Assembly: GCF_022045235.1 (NCBI RefSeq)
Contig: NW_027266330.1
Coordinates: 45,942,001 to 46,006,000, forward strand
Direction: 5' to 3'
Length of the DNA stretch: 64,000 nucleotides
DNA from: Haliotis cracherodii
Taxonomy: Eukaryota
The notes under the pieces are model-generated. The model had not been told where the DNA came from. It worked only from the letters and a program-made list of their open reading frames with translations, and did not search any database. A program made the position numbers and the translations under genes. Of this stretch, positions 62,773 to 64,000 are shown in pieces (the first letter of the stretch is position 1; each line of letters opens with the position of its first letter).

Positions 62773-64000
62773 CCAAATAGTATTTCCTCTAAATCACTAT
62801 TAGGCATAAACATTTGAAACTGCTCCTGTTTTCTTTGAGCCAACTCCTTTGACCATCTATGTTAGAAATGCGAGGGTTGATTGATAACAGCCTCACATAG
62901 AAGGAAGTGAGTGGTAATGAAATCTAGTAGAGTGAGTAGAAATGATATCATAGAGTAGTGTCCACGAAAACGTAAGTCAATCGAACAATTATGTTCGCTG
63001 TGACCATGTCAGTAAATTAAGCAGGGTTCTTTAATCAAATACGTGGTCTCGGAACATCTGCCAATCCTTGTAATGTAAATAATAGGCATCAATTTCATAC
63101 AATTTCATGAGTTGCATAATTGAAGGGAAGTAACTCTTCCAGTAAGACGCTGGTTTCAGTTATACGGAAAATGTAAAATGACGCAAGTGTCCGTATAAAC
63201 GAGGCACGACTGTACCATATTGGGTGTCATTTACACAAATTCCATGCCTAAGTATTATGAGGTACCACTGAATATTTTCTTGGTGCTGGGAGTTCCAAAT
63301 AAAATGGATAGATACAGATTCTTCACACAAAAATCGCCTCATACTGAGTTATGTTACGTATTAGGCTAGAAACTGCCTTGGTCGTGTTTTCAGTTGAACT
63401 GATATTGTGTAATGACTGAATCTGTAGAACATATATTCAAGTATAGTATGAATACATAATTCATCAATATACAATGTTATGTTTTTAGTTATTTATGTGT
63501 AAAGATACTGACCATGTATGATCAATTCTTGAATAATGTTCCTAAAACCAGACACCCTTCATTTGCAGATTATAGACTGTAACAAAATTATTGAAACAGA
63601 TTATCGTTCACTGATATTGGCCTCATTTCTAGGTATAAACACACTATCTATAACCTGCCACATACCTTTTCATTAAAGATACGTTTTCAACTACTGGTTG
63701 AGAGAATTAGGTTTTTGGTTATTAAATATAACCGCCCATCTCTGGATTGAATGATGGCAATAAAACTTGACTCAGGGTTAGCGGAAACTACTCAACGCTT
63801 ATTTGGTAAAATATGTACAACGATTTGATAAACGGATCACCCTTAGGTGCAACTATCGCTGACTTGGTGCACCAGCCGTTTAATAGCCAAGTGCCGACTG
63901 CTACTTTGTGCCACGATATGAAAAAAATATGTTTCGCCTGAAAAAATGTTTACGTTGGATATGAATATATATCTGTGTTCCCACAGACTTTTAAAACCGC

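Overview
Eukaryotic (metazoan) genomic DNA, repeat-dominated, with one assembly gap (163 N, 7969-8131). The SINE complement looks molluscan, possibly abalone (Haliotis); this is inferred from remembered repeat families, not from a search. Roughly one third of the window is minisatellite arrays (units 14-83 bp, several with higher-order repeats), and these account for almost all long ORFs in the ORF track, which I reject as genes. One well-supported spliced gene is present on the + strand (coding exons 54826-54909 and 55523-55822). It encodes a 127-aa secreted Cys-rich protein whose cysteine spacing and motifs resemble the N-terminal domain of FGF-binding proteins (FGFBP). Mobile elements include four SINE-like families with different heads and a related 3' tail, a decayed Tc1 transposon with TIRs and TA TSD, Tc1/mariner-type MITEs, a PIF/Harbinger-type non-autonomous element, a Gypsy pol scrap, a probable LTR with PBS, and a Penelope-like palindrome. 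The best leads are the FGFBP-like gene and a SINE-like family with a fixed, structured, non-tRNA 5' head (candidate ribozyme). Coordinates were read by eye and repeat boundaries are approximate.
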